Source of the DNA: a virus
Lineage: Duplodnaviria > Caudoviricetes
Strand: one strand, 5' to 3'
IMG/VR virus record: IMGVR_UViG_3300009488_000043
Coordinates: 1-34,713 of that record
DNA: 34,713 bases
This document shows positions 17,130-25,789 of the stretch, piece after piece (the first letter of the stretch is position 1; the number at the start of each line of letters is the position of its first letter). The notes beneath the pieces are model-generated. The model did no database searches and had not been told where the DNA came from. It saw nothing but the letters and a program-made list of their open reading frames with translations. A program made the position numbers and the translations under genes.

Positions 17130-17557
17130 CAATCTTTCACCCGAACGTATTCCCACACGATGCCGTATTCTGAGGCGGTATTCACGTCGTCGCTGGTCAC
17201 ATCGTCGCTATAGCCGTCCACCTTGATGATACCTGCCACCCGCGCCGGTATTGCCGAGCCACTGCGCGCACGCCATAGCACTGCGCTCTTGCGGTGGCCT
17301 TCGGCGACCTGTGAAAGCGTCTCTTTGTGCGGCCCCTCGCTCAGATCGGCATACTGTGTCCAGATAGCGGCCAGTGCTTCAAATCCTGCAGCGACGGCCC
17401 GCTGCCACTCGCCTTCGAGTGTGACCAAGCCACTTAACTCATTATCCGAAAAATTTCCGCCATTGGGCTTGGGGCCGCTGTCTATCTGCGTATCTTGCAG
17501 AGCAAAGCGCACCTTGTCACGGTCGGTGTTGAGTGTATCGTCGTAGGTGAAAGCCAT
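17129..17557 (-). CDS. head-tail connector (adaptor) protein
   Basis: Start MAFTYD at 17557 with GGAGG; RDKVRFALQDT...FSDNEL motif. Confidence 0.8.
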   Translation of the reverse strand: MAFTYDDTLNTDRDKVRFALQDTQIDSGPKPNGGNFSDNELSGLVTLEGEWQRAVAAGFEALAAIWTQYADLSEGPHKETLSQVAEGHRKSAVLWRARSGSAIPARVAGIIKVDGYSDDVTSDDVNTASEYGIVWEYVRVKD

Positions 17558-17865
17558 CACGCCTCCCCGCGCAGATCGGCCCACGCCTCTTCTACGTTGC
17601 CATCGACTGTAAATTGAATTTCCAATCGGTACTGAGTGCCCGCCACCAGGTCGAGGATCGTTGGCGTAGTGATAACATCACCCGACGCACTGGCGCTGCC
17701 GTCGGTGTAGTCGGCCGTCACGTCCTCACCGTCAGCGTCTTTGATCGTTACCACCGGTGAGGAAGGGTCACTCTCCCACGGTGTTGTGGTGAGCGCATAA
17801 GTAATCTCTTCATCCTCCCCCTGGTGAATTGGAGACTCTATTATGCGCCTGCTTGTTGCGTCCAT
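17557..17865 (-). CDS. small acidic Ig-like virion-associated protein
   Basis: 102 aa, beta-rich, GTQYRLEIQFT; tightly coupled in the operon. Confidence 0.7.
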   Translation of the reverse strand: MDATSRRIIESPIHQGEDEEITYALTTTPWESDPSSPVVTIKDADGEDVTADYTDGSASASGDVITTPTILDLVAGTQYRLEIQFTVDGNVEEAWADLRGEA

Positions 17866-18075
17866 TTATCGGTTCTCCAATGTCAACGCCGTCGTGCGGT
17901 CTCGTAGTGTCAGGTCAGCTGTGCGCGGTTTCAATGTCAACGCCACCGTGCGGTCTCGTAGTGTCAGGTCTACGATGGTGGTCACTACGCTAGTACCCAA
18001 GCCTAGCAGCACGAAAAACTTGATATTCCCCGGCGCTGCACCGATGCCCAGGGTGACGACGTTTTTGATAGCCAT
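17866..18075 (-). CDS. small protein with LTLxxRT repeats
   Basis: TGATG coupling to the upstream gene; LTLRDRT, LTLKPRT, LTLRDRT, LTLENR. Confidence 0.7.
   Translation of the reverse strand: MAIKNVVTLGIGAAPGNIKFFVLLGLGTSVVTTIVDLTLRDRTVALTLKPRTADLTLRDRTTALTLENR
17878..17970. repeat. 39-bp direct repeat, two copies, 54-bp period
   Basis: CAATGTCAACGCC(GTC/ACC)GTGCGGTCTCGTAGTGTCAGGTC at 17878-17916 and 17932-17970. Confidence 0.85.
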
Positions 18076-20573
18076 CAAGTCGCCCGAGTTATGCTAGTCG
18101 GATCTGCGCCGTCGTCTAATGTCAACGTCAGTAGTGAAGTAGAGCCGTCCGCCTTCTTCACCGTTACCGTGGTTCCTGATACCGCTCGCTCATAGAGGAA
18201 CTGCGTGATCATGTACAACGACTGCTCGATAGTCGGCAGCGTCCCATCGGCGGGCACACTGTCCGGTATCTGGCGCTGGGTAATGTCTGTCACGGCAATG
18301 TCATTGAGTGCGGCCAGGCCTGTGTCCAGTTCTGCCTTCGTCGGTGCGTCGTAATCACTGAGCGCGGTATCACATTCGGCATTGACCTGAGCCGTTGAGA
18401 GGTCGTTGAGTGCAGCAATGTCGGTTTGTACCGCGTCGATCTCAGACACCAGTTCGGCGTGGGTGGCAGGGTCATAATCGCTGAGTGCGGTGTCGCAGGC
18501 GGCGTTGATTTGATCCGTAGCGTCTAGACCCTCTACGAGCCCAGCGTCGCACCGCGCCGCAATGCCGGTATGATAGATGGACGTATCGTCCGGCGCGGTG
18601 GCCCAGTTCGGCGTAATGGAAGCCACCTTGCTCGTACCGTTGTAATCTGAGATCAGCCGCACCTGGCCCTCGCCTGTACCGGTCACGAGGTGTATCATCT
18701 GGTCGTTGTAGTAGTCATCGACTGCAGAGGCGTCAGAGGCCATCGTGATCGTGCCCGATGCGCCCGCCTGCGCCACGCCGTGGGTGGTATGGTCAATGTC
18801 GGCAACAGCGAGAATGATGAACTCGCTGGTATCATCTGGCGTCGTCAGCCAGCCGGTGCCAATAGTGGCAACCTTGCTCGTACCATTGTAATCGACGATA
18901 ACCCTGGACTGGTCGATGCCCGTACCGCCCACGATGACAATAACATCGCCGACGTACATGCCGTCTATCGCGTTTGCACCCGCATCCAGCGTGATCGTGG
19001 TTGCCGAACCTGCCTGCGCGGTTTCGTCTCGGATCGTCTGTGCCGCCAGTGCTCGCAGTCTGCGCCCGGCGGATGTGGCGACGTTATGCGTCGCGCCAGT
19101 TAGTGGCTCATCCCAGGTATCATCTACGAGTTGGGCGGAGGTAGCGGCAGCGGCTAGGAGCACGCCGTCCGTGCCGGTATCGGCCAGGATTGCATCAATA
19201 TCGGTAGGTAGGTTTGCTGCTGCTAGTTCGGCCAATCGCGTTTCAGTGCAAACCGAGGCTAGCGCGGCACTATCAGTGCCTACCATGTCAGTGTTCGTCG
19301 TGGTGGTGGCAACTAGTGTGACGTTAGCTACCGCGTCGGCAGTAGGGTCAAAGTAGCTTGCCGCCACCAGCGTTCGTGCCTCCATCTCAGCATTGGTCGG
19401 GCCGTCGTAGTCAGATAACGCCGTGTCCACTTCGGTGTTGACCTGAGCGGTTGAGATATTGTTTAGCGCGCTGATTGCACCGGGAATGTCATCGGTCTGC
19501 AATTCATTCGTGTCAGCGAGAATAGCGTCTATATCAGTACCTGCCTGTACTCCGAAACTGCCGCCGGCGACGTGGTCAGCTGCGGCCTCGTCCCACACGG
19601 CATCAGCAATGGTGGCGGCAGAAGCACCTGTGCCAGACGGAGCCTGCTCAAGGGCATTCTCTGTAAAGCGAGATATCCCGGCATCGCTTTCTACCAACTC
19701 GTTGAGCAGCGCCGTCGCAGTACCCGGCTTACTGGCCGGGTCATAATCAGTAGCCAGCAGGTGGTCGAGGTGGATGTCAACCAGCGCAGTATCCACTTCA
19801 GCATTCACCTCCGCTGTAGTGGGCAGTGCCGCGATGTCGGTCGGTAGGTTTGCGGCGTCCAGTTCTGCCAGGCGGGCCTCGGTACAGACGCTAGCCAGGG
19901 CTGCGCTATCTGTGCCGCGCACGTCGGTATTCGTCGTAGTCGTGGCTACCAGTGTAACGTTCGCCACGGCGTCGGCGGCTGGGTCGAAATATGAGGCGGT
20001 TACCAGCGTACGGGCCTCAAATTCTGCCACCGTCGGTACATCTGCGATGTCGGCGGAAACACTCGCTCCCGCCGGTGCACCCAGGCGGGCATAGTTATCG
20101 CCGGTCTGCGCGGTATGGCCGGTGAGAGCTGAGACTGTGGGGATGACATTATTCGTGCCGGCGTAGCCCGTGCCGTCGAAGAAGGCTTCGGCGTTGTCGG
20201 CGGCGGTCTCGTCGTCGTCGATGGCGTGAACGTCTACTTTGAGCATGTCTGCACCGAACATCGAATCCCAGATGTTGGCTGGCACTACCATAAATTCGTG
20301 CCAGACGGGAAGCGCGCCGCTTTCGTGTACCCAGAGTTGCAGGCGGCCGAGCGTGTTGGTGTCGGTCGTATCAACCGGGCAACCATAGATGCCCAGTTCG
20401 TCGTGGGTGCAGGAGGTGGCCTCGTTCTTCTGCGCAATGTCACCGCCGTTCTTGCTCAGACGCACGTCGGCCTGGGCGATGGTAAGGCCGGTCTCGGCGG
20501 TCTTGCCGTCGTCCTCGTCGAGGAACGGGCCGATTTTGAGTGTCACAGAGGTAGACTGTTTGAGCCATTGCAT
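18075..20573 (-). CDS. large acidic repeat-rich protein, probable virion fibre/appendage (832 aa)
   Basis: Ala/Asp/Thr-rich; two ~65 aa EARTLV...ANLPTDI repeats, two AQAG...DYNGTSKVA...PDDTS repeats, several DTALSDYD motifs. Confidence 0.8.
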   Translation of the reverse strand: MQWLKQSTSVTLKIGPFLDEDDGKTAETGLTIAQADVRLSKNGGDIAQKNEATSCTHDELGIYGCPVDTTDTNTLGRLQLWVHESGALPVWHEFMVVPANIWDSMFGADMLKVDVHAIDDDETAADNAEAFFDGTGYAGTNNVIPTVSALTGHTAQTGDNYARLGAPAGASVSADIADVPTVAEFEARTLVTASYFDPAADAVANVTLVATTTTNTDVRGTDSAALASVCTEARLAELDAANLPTDIAALPTTAEVNAEVDTALVDIHLDHLLATDYDPASKPGTATALLNELVESDAGISRFTENALEQAPSGTGASAATIADAVWDEAAADHVAGGSFGVQAGTDIDAILADTNELQTDDIPGAISALNNISTAQVNTEVDTALSDYDGPTNAEMEARTLVAASYFDPTADAVANVTLVATTTTNTDMVGTDSAALASVCTETRLAELAAANLPTDIDAILADTGTDGVLLAAAATSAQLVDDTWDEPLTGATHNVATSAGRRLRALAAQTIRDETAQAGSATTITLDAGANAIDGMYVGDVIVIVGGTGIDQSRVIVDYNGTSKVATIGTGWLTTPDDTSEFIILAVADIDHTTHGVAQAGASGTITMASDASAVDDYYNDQMIHLVTGTGEGQVRLISDYNGTSKVASITPNWATAPDDTSIYHTGIAARCDAGLVEGLDATDQINAACDTALSDYDPATHAELVSEIDAVQTDIAALNDLSTAQVNAECDTALSDYDAPTKAELDTGLAALNDIAVTDITQRQIPDSVPADGTLPTIEQSLYMITQFLYERAVSGTTVTVKKADGSTSLLTLTLDDGADPTSITRAT

Positions 20574-20574
20574 C

Positions 20575-22179
20575 TTAAACTCGTCTCCTGCGGTAGTGGT
20601 TCATCGCCATCGGTAGAGCGCCGGCTGCTGCTCCTGTGTATTCGACCACCAGCTTGGGCCGCTCGGCGGCGGTAGCACCGTCGCTAGAGTCGGTGTTGAT
20701 CCAGGCGTTTGTCCAACCGATGATACCGTAGTTTTCATTTGGCGTACCGAACCAATCCTGCACTGCGGCAGTGGTCAGTGTGATGGCGATCTCAGCACCA
20801 TCCGAGCCTCCACCATTGTCACTGCCCAGCGCGCTGGCGTCGTAGTCGGTGCCACTGGTGCTGGCCCCGGCCGAGCCGGCCCAATTCACGTCACCACCTC
20901 CGCCGCCGTTCCAGTCGTTCTTGTGATCCCAGGTGGACTGTCCGGCTGTGGCGGGGTCTTCACTTGCTCCCTCCACCCAGTCCTCGTTGGCGACCAGCAG
21001 CTCGTGAATAGTAAAAGTACGGGCGCCGGAGGGAGTCGCGCCGGCCTGCCAGAGATGTAACGTAGCGCTGTCACACGTGGCGTCGCCTGATATACTAGAG
21101 CAATCAAACTCTAAGATGCATTTAGCGCCTGTGGGCGTGCTCCACGGCAGGGAAATATCACTACCGGCCGATTTGTTGGAATTTCCCGCCAACAGAGTAG
21201 TGTCAAGCCCCTCGCTCCCCGGCTGGGTCTCGAACGTGGGGTCGAAGACGATGGCTCCGGCGCGCATCGCGTTGAGTTGGTCTACGCGCGCTCCGACGAG
21301 CAGGTAGTGGTTGCCGTCGCCGTCGCGCCAGATGCGCTTGCGAAGTCGAACGATGTCTCGTTTACCGTTTTCGTCAGGCTCGGAGAAGGCAATGCTGGCT
21401 GGCATGAAGGCAAGCAACCTGTCCAGCGCGTCTCTGATTTCAATATCGCCGTCATCGTCGGTGAAGTCGCCGTCCGGGTCCTGGAGTATTCCAGCGATGA
21501 CCCAGCGGGGAATGTCGGAAATGTCTAACTGGAATATGAAACTGAGCCAGGTCTCATCGGCTGGCGTCAGAGGCGGCAAGTTGGCCGCTATCCATTCCCT
21601 GGCGGCCTGGTTGACCTCAATTTCCTCTTTTAATTGCCGCTCATCTACGCGCCAGGAAACGTCTATGGCCCCATCGTCTGGCGTGTTCCAGATATTATCC
21701 CAGGTCGCGAGTCCGCCGACGTTCAATGTAGTCTGCGCGTCTTCCGGCCCTATGCTCAGCGCATCCACCTCGTAATTGAGGTAGGCGCGATTATATGTCG
21801 ATCCACCTCCTATGCCTTCCCAGTTGCGGGTAGGCCAGTGCAGATACCCTACTCTGGCCAGTCGGAACTTGAGCCAGTGCGCGCCCTGCCTGCCGCCAAA
21901 ACCTACTGTACCGTCCACACCGGCAAAGATACCCGTGACGTCGCGGCCCAGGGCGTAGTGCCACCCAGCGACGACCGTTCGGTATAAGTCGCGCCCGCCC
22001 GCCGTGACGTGCTCGAAGGTGAAATCCACTTCACCGTCCAGAACCTCGCTGTCCAAGACGGTAGGATAGTGCAGGACGGCTCCCAGGACGTGGTGGCGCA
22101 CGTGACGGGCAGGATCGAGGGAATCCTGCCAGGTCTTGGCGGCGAGCGTGCGCAGGCTGGTGACTTCGTTCCAGGCCAA
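20575..22179 (-). CDS. DNRLRE (CBM96-like) domain-containing protein (534 aa)
   Basis: IVFDPT linker then DTTL...ILEFDCSSI...SATLHLW...WVEG...TW...VQDW...NYGII...SSD...RPKLVVEY; TTG start with GAGG. Confidence 0.75.
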   Translation of the reverse strand: MAWNEVTSLRTLAAKTWQDSLDPARHVRHHVLGAVLHYPTVLDSEVLDGEVDFTFEHVTAGGRDLYRTVVAGWHYALGRDVTGIFAGVDGTVGFGGRQGAHWLKFRLARVGYLHWPTRNWEGIGGGSTYNRAYLNYEVDALSIGPEDAQTTLNVGGLATWDNIWNTPDDGAIDVSWRVDERQLKEEIEVNQAAREWIAANLPPLTPADETWLSFIFQLDISDIPRWVIAGILQDPDGDFTDDDGDIEIRDALDRLLAFMPASIAFSEPDENGKRDIVRLRKRIWRDGDGNHYLLVGARVDQLNAMRAGAIVFDPTFETQPGSEGLDTTLLAGNSNKSAGSDISLPWSTPTGAKCILEFDCSSISGDATCDSATLHLWQAGATPSGARTFTIHELLVANEDWVEGASEDPATAGQSTWDHKNDWNGGGGGDVNWAGSAGASTSGTDYDASALGSDNGGGSDGAEIAITLTTAAVQDWFGTPNENYGIIGWTNAWINTDSSDGATAAERPKLVVEYTGAAAGALPMAMNHYRRRRV

Positions 22180-22194
22180 TTGTTTACCTCTCTA

Positions 22195-22386
22195 TCACGT
22201 CGTCGCAGCAGGCTTTTTCTTCGCTGGCCCGGCCTTCCGTCTCGGTTTAGGCGGCTCAGGCTCAAACGTTAGCACTTCAGGCGGATCCGGTTTGTCGGGC
22301 AATAGTGCCCAGCAGGACGTGCAGCGCAGGCCACGGTGATTGTGATCTCGACCCTCAGTTTGCTTGCCACAAGTTGGGCATTTCAT
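22195..22386 (-). CDS. small zinc-ribbon protein with Pro/Lys-rich tail
   Basis: GAGGAGG RBS before ATG 22386; CPTC...CTSC. Confidence 0.7.
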   Translation of the reverse strand: MKCPTCGKQTEGRDHNHRGLRCTSCWALLPDKPDPPEVLTFEPEPPKPRRKAGPAKKKPAATT

Positions 22387-22396
22387 AGCCGCCTCC

Positions 22397-22999
22397 TCAG
22401 TTATCGTTGTAGCCGATGCACAGCCAGTCCAGGCCATCCCATATCAACCAGATCGCATCACCCTCACCGCCGGTCAATACCTTGTCGCCGCCAATATCAG
22501 TGTTAGCTCCGTCTACGATTGTGATCGCGTCGGCGGCGTTCTCGTTGACCACGACAAGTACTTGCCCATTTACAGTGCCTGAGATGATGGCAGTCGTGAG
22601 GCTGGTTGACACGGCAGCGGTGCTGGTGATAGGCTGATATGTTCCTGTTACTGTTATAGATGTTTGCGTGCCAACAACCACAACCGATTGCTCGGCTAAC
22701 GCCAGGAAGGTTGAGTTTGTCAAATCTCCGGTCAAATCTCCTGTAACATCGCCCGTCACATCACCCGTCACATCTCCAACTACTCCACCGCTGGCAGTCA
22801 ATGCACCCGCGATGGTCGCTTCGTGGTCTACGTAGATTTTACGGAAGCGGGTTGGTCCGACGACTTGCAACTCGACGCCGTCAACCTCGATGAACTCTGG
22901 CATCTCCGGCATCGGATAGCGCACGCCGAAGTAACCCGCCACCAGGATGACTACTACGAGCAAGGCGTATTCTAGCCATTTCTTGTCTCTGTTACTCAT
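22397..22999 (-). CDS. membrane-anchored protein with GDVT/GDLT repeats
   Basis: GGAGG RBS before ATG 22999; YALLVVVILVAGYFGV transmembrane helix; GDVTGDVTGDVTGDLTGDLT; C-terminal fibre-like DAIWLIWDGLDW. Confidence 0.75.
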   Translation of the reverse strand: MSNRDKKWLEYALLVVVILVAGYFGVRYPMPEMPEFIEVDGVELQVVGPTRFRKIYVDHEATIAGALTASGGVVGDVTGDVTGDVTGDLTGDLTNSTFLALAEQSVVVVGTQTSITVTGTYQPITSTAAVSTSLTTAIISGTVNGQVLVVVNENAADAITIVDGANTDIGGDKVLTGGEGDAIWLIWDGLDWLCIGYNDN

Positions 23000-23016
23000 T
23001 TGTTCCTCCATTAAGC

Positions 23017-23038
23017 GAGGCGGGGAAGGCCCCGCCTC
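23017..23038 (-). terminator. GC hairpin after the major capsid gene (weak terminator or mRNA stabiliser)
   Basis: 9-bp stem GAGGCGGGG/CCCCGCCTC with a 4-nt loop; no strong U-tract. Confidence 0.55.
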
Positions 23039-23046
23039 ATCTTGGG

Positions 23047-24141
23047 TTAGGTTGCCGTGCCATCGGCCCAGGTCTCGTTATTGACATACCTGGTCGTGCC
23101 GTTGGTGCGGTCTGCCACGCCCACGCCAAACTCACAGTACATCATGAGATTTTGGAGCGGGATGATGCCGCTGCCCGCGTTCGGGTGCGGCATCGCCATC
23201 GCGCGGAAGGCGCTCTCGCCTTTGTGCAGGCGTATGCGCAGTGGGTTGCGCTGGCTCAGACGGCCATAGGATTTGTACCCAAAGCCGTAGTACTGTGGCA
23301 CTCCCCGGACTTCTCTCACCATGAAGTGGGAGATAGTGCCGATGTAGTCGCTCGGAACTCGCGCCCGGTCTTGCGTTGAACCGTAGAGCACCAGGTTGTC
23401 AGCAGCGGCGGTGAAGTTAGTCAACGCCTCGACCGCAGCCCGGTCTGATGGCCCGATGAGGAAGTCAAAGGGCGGTTCGTGACCATGCTCGCGCAGTTCA
23501 TCGTAGGCATCGGTGAAGACAGCGTTGGTGAACACGCCGCCGGCGATGCCGACGTAGTGCTCGTGAGTATTGTCAAACTCGGTTCCCGCGTTCGCCGGTG
23601 GCACGAAGTCCACGCTCGTTGAGCCTGCGGTCGTAGCAAAGCCCGGCGAGTAGCCACCTGTGCCCAGCTTGAGCGAGGCCCCGGAGTCATCCCCACGTTT
23701 CAGAAGCCGCCGCAAGAGACGCTGGCGACGCGTGTCGCGCACGTCTTTGAGCGCATCGGCCACGTCGGCCTCGATTTGCTCCATGCGCGCTTCCTGCATG
23801 TAGAGCCAAGTCCACCCCAGCATCCGGTCAAGCCGTCGCTTGGGTAGCATGTGGCCCTCAGTTTCCGCGCGCTGCGCATCAGGCAGGCTGTACTCAGTGT
23901 GCAGCCCCATTCCGTTCGACACCCCAACGCGGTATTCCAGATCGGGCTGGTCGGTCAGGCTGTAGAAGTTGGTCATCCAGTCGCCTGCGAATTCGGCATT
24001 GAGCCCCGCCAGCCCGGCGTTGAGCATTGCCACGACGGCCGCGTAGTTCGTGCCGTCCTCGAGTTGAAAGCTCTTCAGTGCTGTCGCATCCCAGCCGGTC
24101 AACATGACCAGGCTGGCTGTATCTCGTCTACCTGTAGCCAT
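23047..24141 (-). CDS. major capsid protein
   Basis: 364 aa; downstream of scaffold and decoration genes; strong AGGAGG RBS; followed by a hairpin; EFGVGV C-terminal motif. Confidence 0.8.
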   Translation of the reverse strand: MATGRRDTASLVMLTGWDATALKSFQLEDGTNYAAVVAMLNAGLAGLNAEFAGDWMTNFYSLTDQPDLEYRVGVSNGMGLHTEYSLPDAQRAETEGHMLPKRRLDRMLGWTWLYMQEARMEQIEADVADALKDVRDTRRQRLLRRLLKRGDDSGASLKLGTGGYSPGFATTAGSTSVDFVPPANAGTEFDNTHEHYVGIAGGVFTNAVFTDAYDELREHGHEPPFDFLIGPSDRAAVEALTNFTAAADNLVLYGSTQDRARVPSDYIGTISHFMVREVRGVPQYYGFGYKSYGRLSQRNPLRIRLHKGESAFRAMAMPHPNAGSGIIPLQNLMMYCEFGVGVADRTNGTTRYVNNETWADGTAT

Positions 24142-24157
24142 TTCTCATACCTCCTGG

Positions 24158-24538
24158 TTATGTCCTATCGATGATTTGCGGCTGGACGAACAGGACGGTC
24201 GCGGTTTCGGCGTAGCCGATCAGCGTATCCTTCCCTCCTACGGCAGTATCGTAGGCCCCGGCGGTGTCGCTGCCGTAGACCAATGATCCGATAGTTGCTC
24301 CGCTGAGGCACTGGACAGGCCCGAAGACCACCAGGTCTACCTCGTCTCCCACGGCTCCGCCCTGGACAGCGACGGCGACAGTTACCTGTGCATTCGTGGT
24401 GGTGTCAGTGTGATCCCAGTACCCATCGGATTGAAGCGTGACCGGGTGGCCCTTCGTGACAGTGGCCCCCAGCGTGCCCCGTCGAGTGATAGCCCCGGTG
24501 AGGGGCTTGATGTCCGTTCCGATTGTGATTGCACTCAT
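24158..24538 (-). CDS. capsid decoration / cement protein
   Basis: 126 aa; GATVTKGHPV...GSLVYGSDTAG...IGYA pattern; between scaffold and major capsid protein. Confidence 0.75.
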   Translation of the reverse strand: MSAITIGTDIKPLTGAITRRGTLGATVTKGHPVTLQSDGYWDHTDTTTNAQVTVAVAVQGGAVGDEVDLVVFGPVQCLSGATIGSLVYGSDTAGAYDTAVGGKDTLIGYAETATVLFVQPQIIDRT

Positions 24539-24553
24539 TTTTCTAACCTCCTA

Positions 24554-25201
24554 CTATTGCATAGCTTGTGCCACCAGTGCCGGGTCGAGATACTTCTTGT
24601 CTATCCCCATTCTGGCAGCGTATTCGATTAACTGGTCTTCTGTGGCCTTGCCTGCGCCTCCGCCCGTATCAGTAGCATTGACGTTCGCCGCTGCCTGCGC
24701 TGTACCAAACAAGTGTGGGTGGCTCTTGGTGAGTGCCTTGACCGCTGCGTCCATCCCGGTCATCTCACCTTCGTCCGTTACCACACTCGACGTATCGGCC
24801 AGCGTATAAGCGTCCTTCTTGGCCTGCGCGTTGACGAATGCGAGCTTCTGCGTATCTGCCTCGTCGTAGAACGCCTGACGCATCTGCGCGGCGCTCAGCT
24901 TGGCGGTGAGTGCTTCGTGCTTTGTCTCCCATTCTTTCGCCAGCCCCTGCGCCTTCTCCACCTCTGACAGTTCGGCCTTTTCGCGCTCAGCCTTGTCTGC
25001 TTCGTGTTTCTCCAACTGCTTGCGCCGCTTGGCGCTCTCAGCATTGACACGTTTCAGCGCGGCCTGCGCATTGGCTAGTTCAACCTGCAAAGCCTCTAGT
25101 GTCGGATCTCCCGACTGTTCCTGTTGTTGCTGCTCTCCCGCTTGCGTCTCGCCTGCGGCTTGTTCTGTGGTCGTCTCGACCGTTTCCTGTTCGTCTGCCA
25201 T
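24554..25201 (-). CDS. capsid scaffolding protein
   Basis: Acidic N-terminus, NAESAKRRK, AELSEVEKA coiled coil, HPHLF; GGAGG RBS. Confidence 0.88.
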   Translation of the reverse strand: MADEQETVETTTEQAAGETQAGEQQQQEQSGDPTLEALQVELANAQAALKRVNAESAKRRKQLEKHEADKAEREKAELSEVEKAQGLAKEWETKHEALTAKLSAAQMRQAFYDEADTQKLAFVNAQAKKDAYTLADTSSVVTDEGEMTGMDAAVKALTKSHPHLFGTAQAAANVNATDTGGGAGKATEDQLIEYAARMGIDKKYLDPALVAQAMQ

Positions 25202-25251
25202 CTCGGCATACCTCCCGTTGCTGTTGGCCTATCCTGGCCTGTTACCATAAA

Positions 25252-25330
25252 CGCAAAAGCGGCACACCTGGATCGGTGGCCGCTTGCCGCTAATCCGAGA
25301 GTGTGCCGCTGGTACTACTGACCGGTGGCT
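25252..25330 (-). promoter_or_regulatory. structured leader / terminator-like element upstream of the scaffold gene
   Basis: 10-bp IR AGCGGCACAC (25258-25267)/GTGTGCCGCT (25301-25310) followed on the minus strand by TTTGCGTTT; direct repeat GA(T/C)CGGTGGC at 25271 and 25320. Confidence 0.55.
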
Positions 25331-25336
25331 ATTCGA

Positions 25337-25456
25337 TTATTGCTTGTGTTTCGGCGGTATGCTCCTGTTCATTCCCAAGTAATCTTCCAGTGCGCCAAGC
25401 ATCATAATAAGCGCCTGCCGCACTGACATCAGCAGTGTTTCTAGTCTAGCGTCCAT
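25337..25456 (-). CDS. small amphipathic helical protein (39 aa; absent from the ORF track)
   Basis: MDARLETLLMSVRQALIMMLGALEDYLGMNRSIPPKHKQ; no clear Shine-Dalgarno; ATG overlaps a TATAAT. Confidence 0.55.
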   Translation of the reverse strand: MDARLETLLMSVRQALIMMLGALEDYLGMNRSIPPKHKQ

Positions 25457-25484
25457 TATACCACATTCTGAGATGGGTTGTCAA
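25455..25484 (-). promoter_or_regulatory. sigma70-type promoter for the scaffold/capsid operon
   Basis: TTGACA (25484-25479), 18-nt spacer, TGnTATAAT (25460-25455). Confidence 0.7.
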
Positions 25485-25789
25485 GCGGTAAGCCTGCTTA
25501 ATACATCAACGCACTTCTGTATCGTTGGCAGGAGCGTGATGCCTATCGCATCCGGTAGATTGCGGGGTTGGATACTCATGCTAGTTACGGCATTGTCTGC
25601 TATCTGTGCTGTTGTAATAGAGCCGCTGCGAAGAAACGGATCGGGCATCGCCCTGCCTCTCGGTATTCCAGCCACGTTGACGGTTGACGGCATAGGCGTA
25701 GCGCCACATCCCCGCGTCTCGCCCTCGCCGCAATATCCCCGGCTCGTCATATTCAGGCTTCCGCAATACACACATCTCCAGCCCGTCAT
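25481..25789 (-). CDS. zinc-ribbon hypothetical protein (102 aa)
   Basis: WRCVYCGS...C...CGA; ATGA overlap with the upstream gene. Confidence 0.65.
   Translation of the reverse strand: MTGWRCVYCGSLNMTSRGYCGEGETRGCGATPMPSTVNVAGIPRGRAMPDPFLRSGSITTAQIADNAVTSMSIQPRNLPDAIGITLLPTIQKCVDVLSRLTA

Noticed and set aside
17878-17970. CRISPR-like repeat
   Set aside because: Only two copies, in-frame within an ORF, explained by peptide repeats; no cas genes
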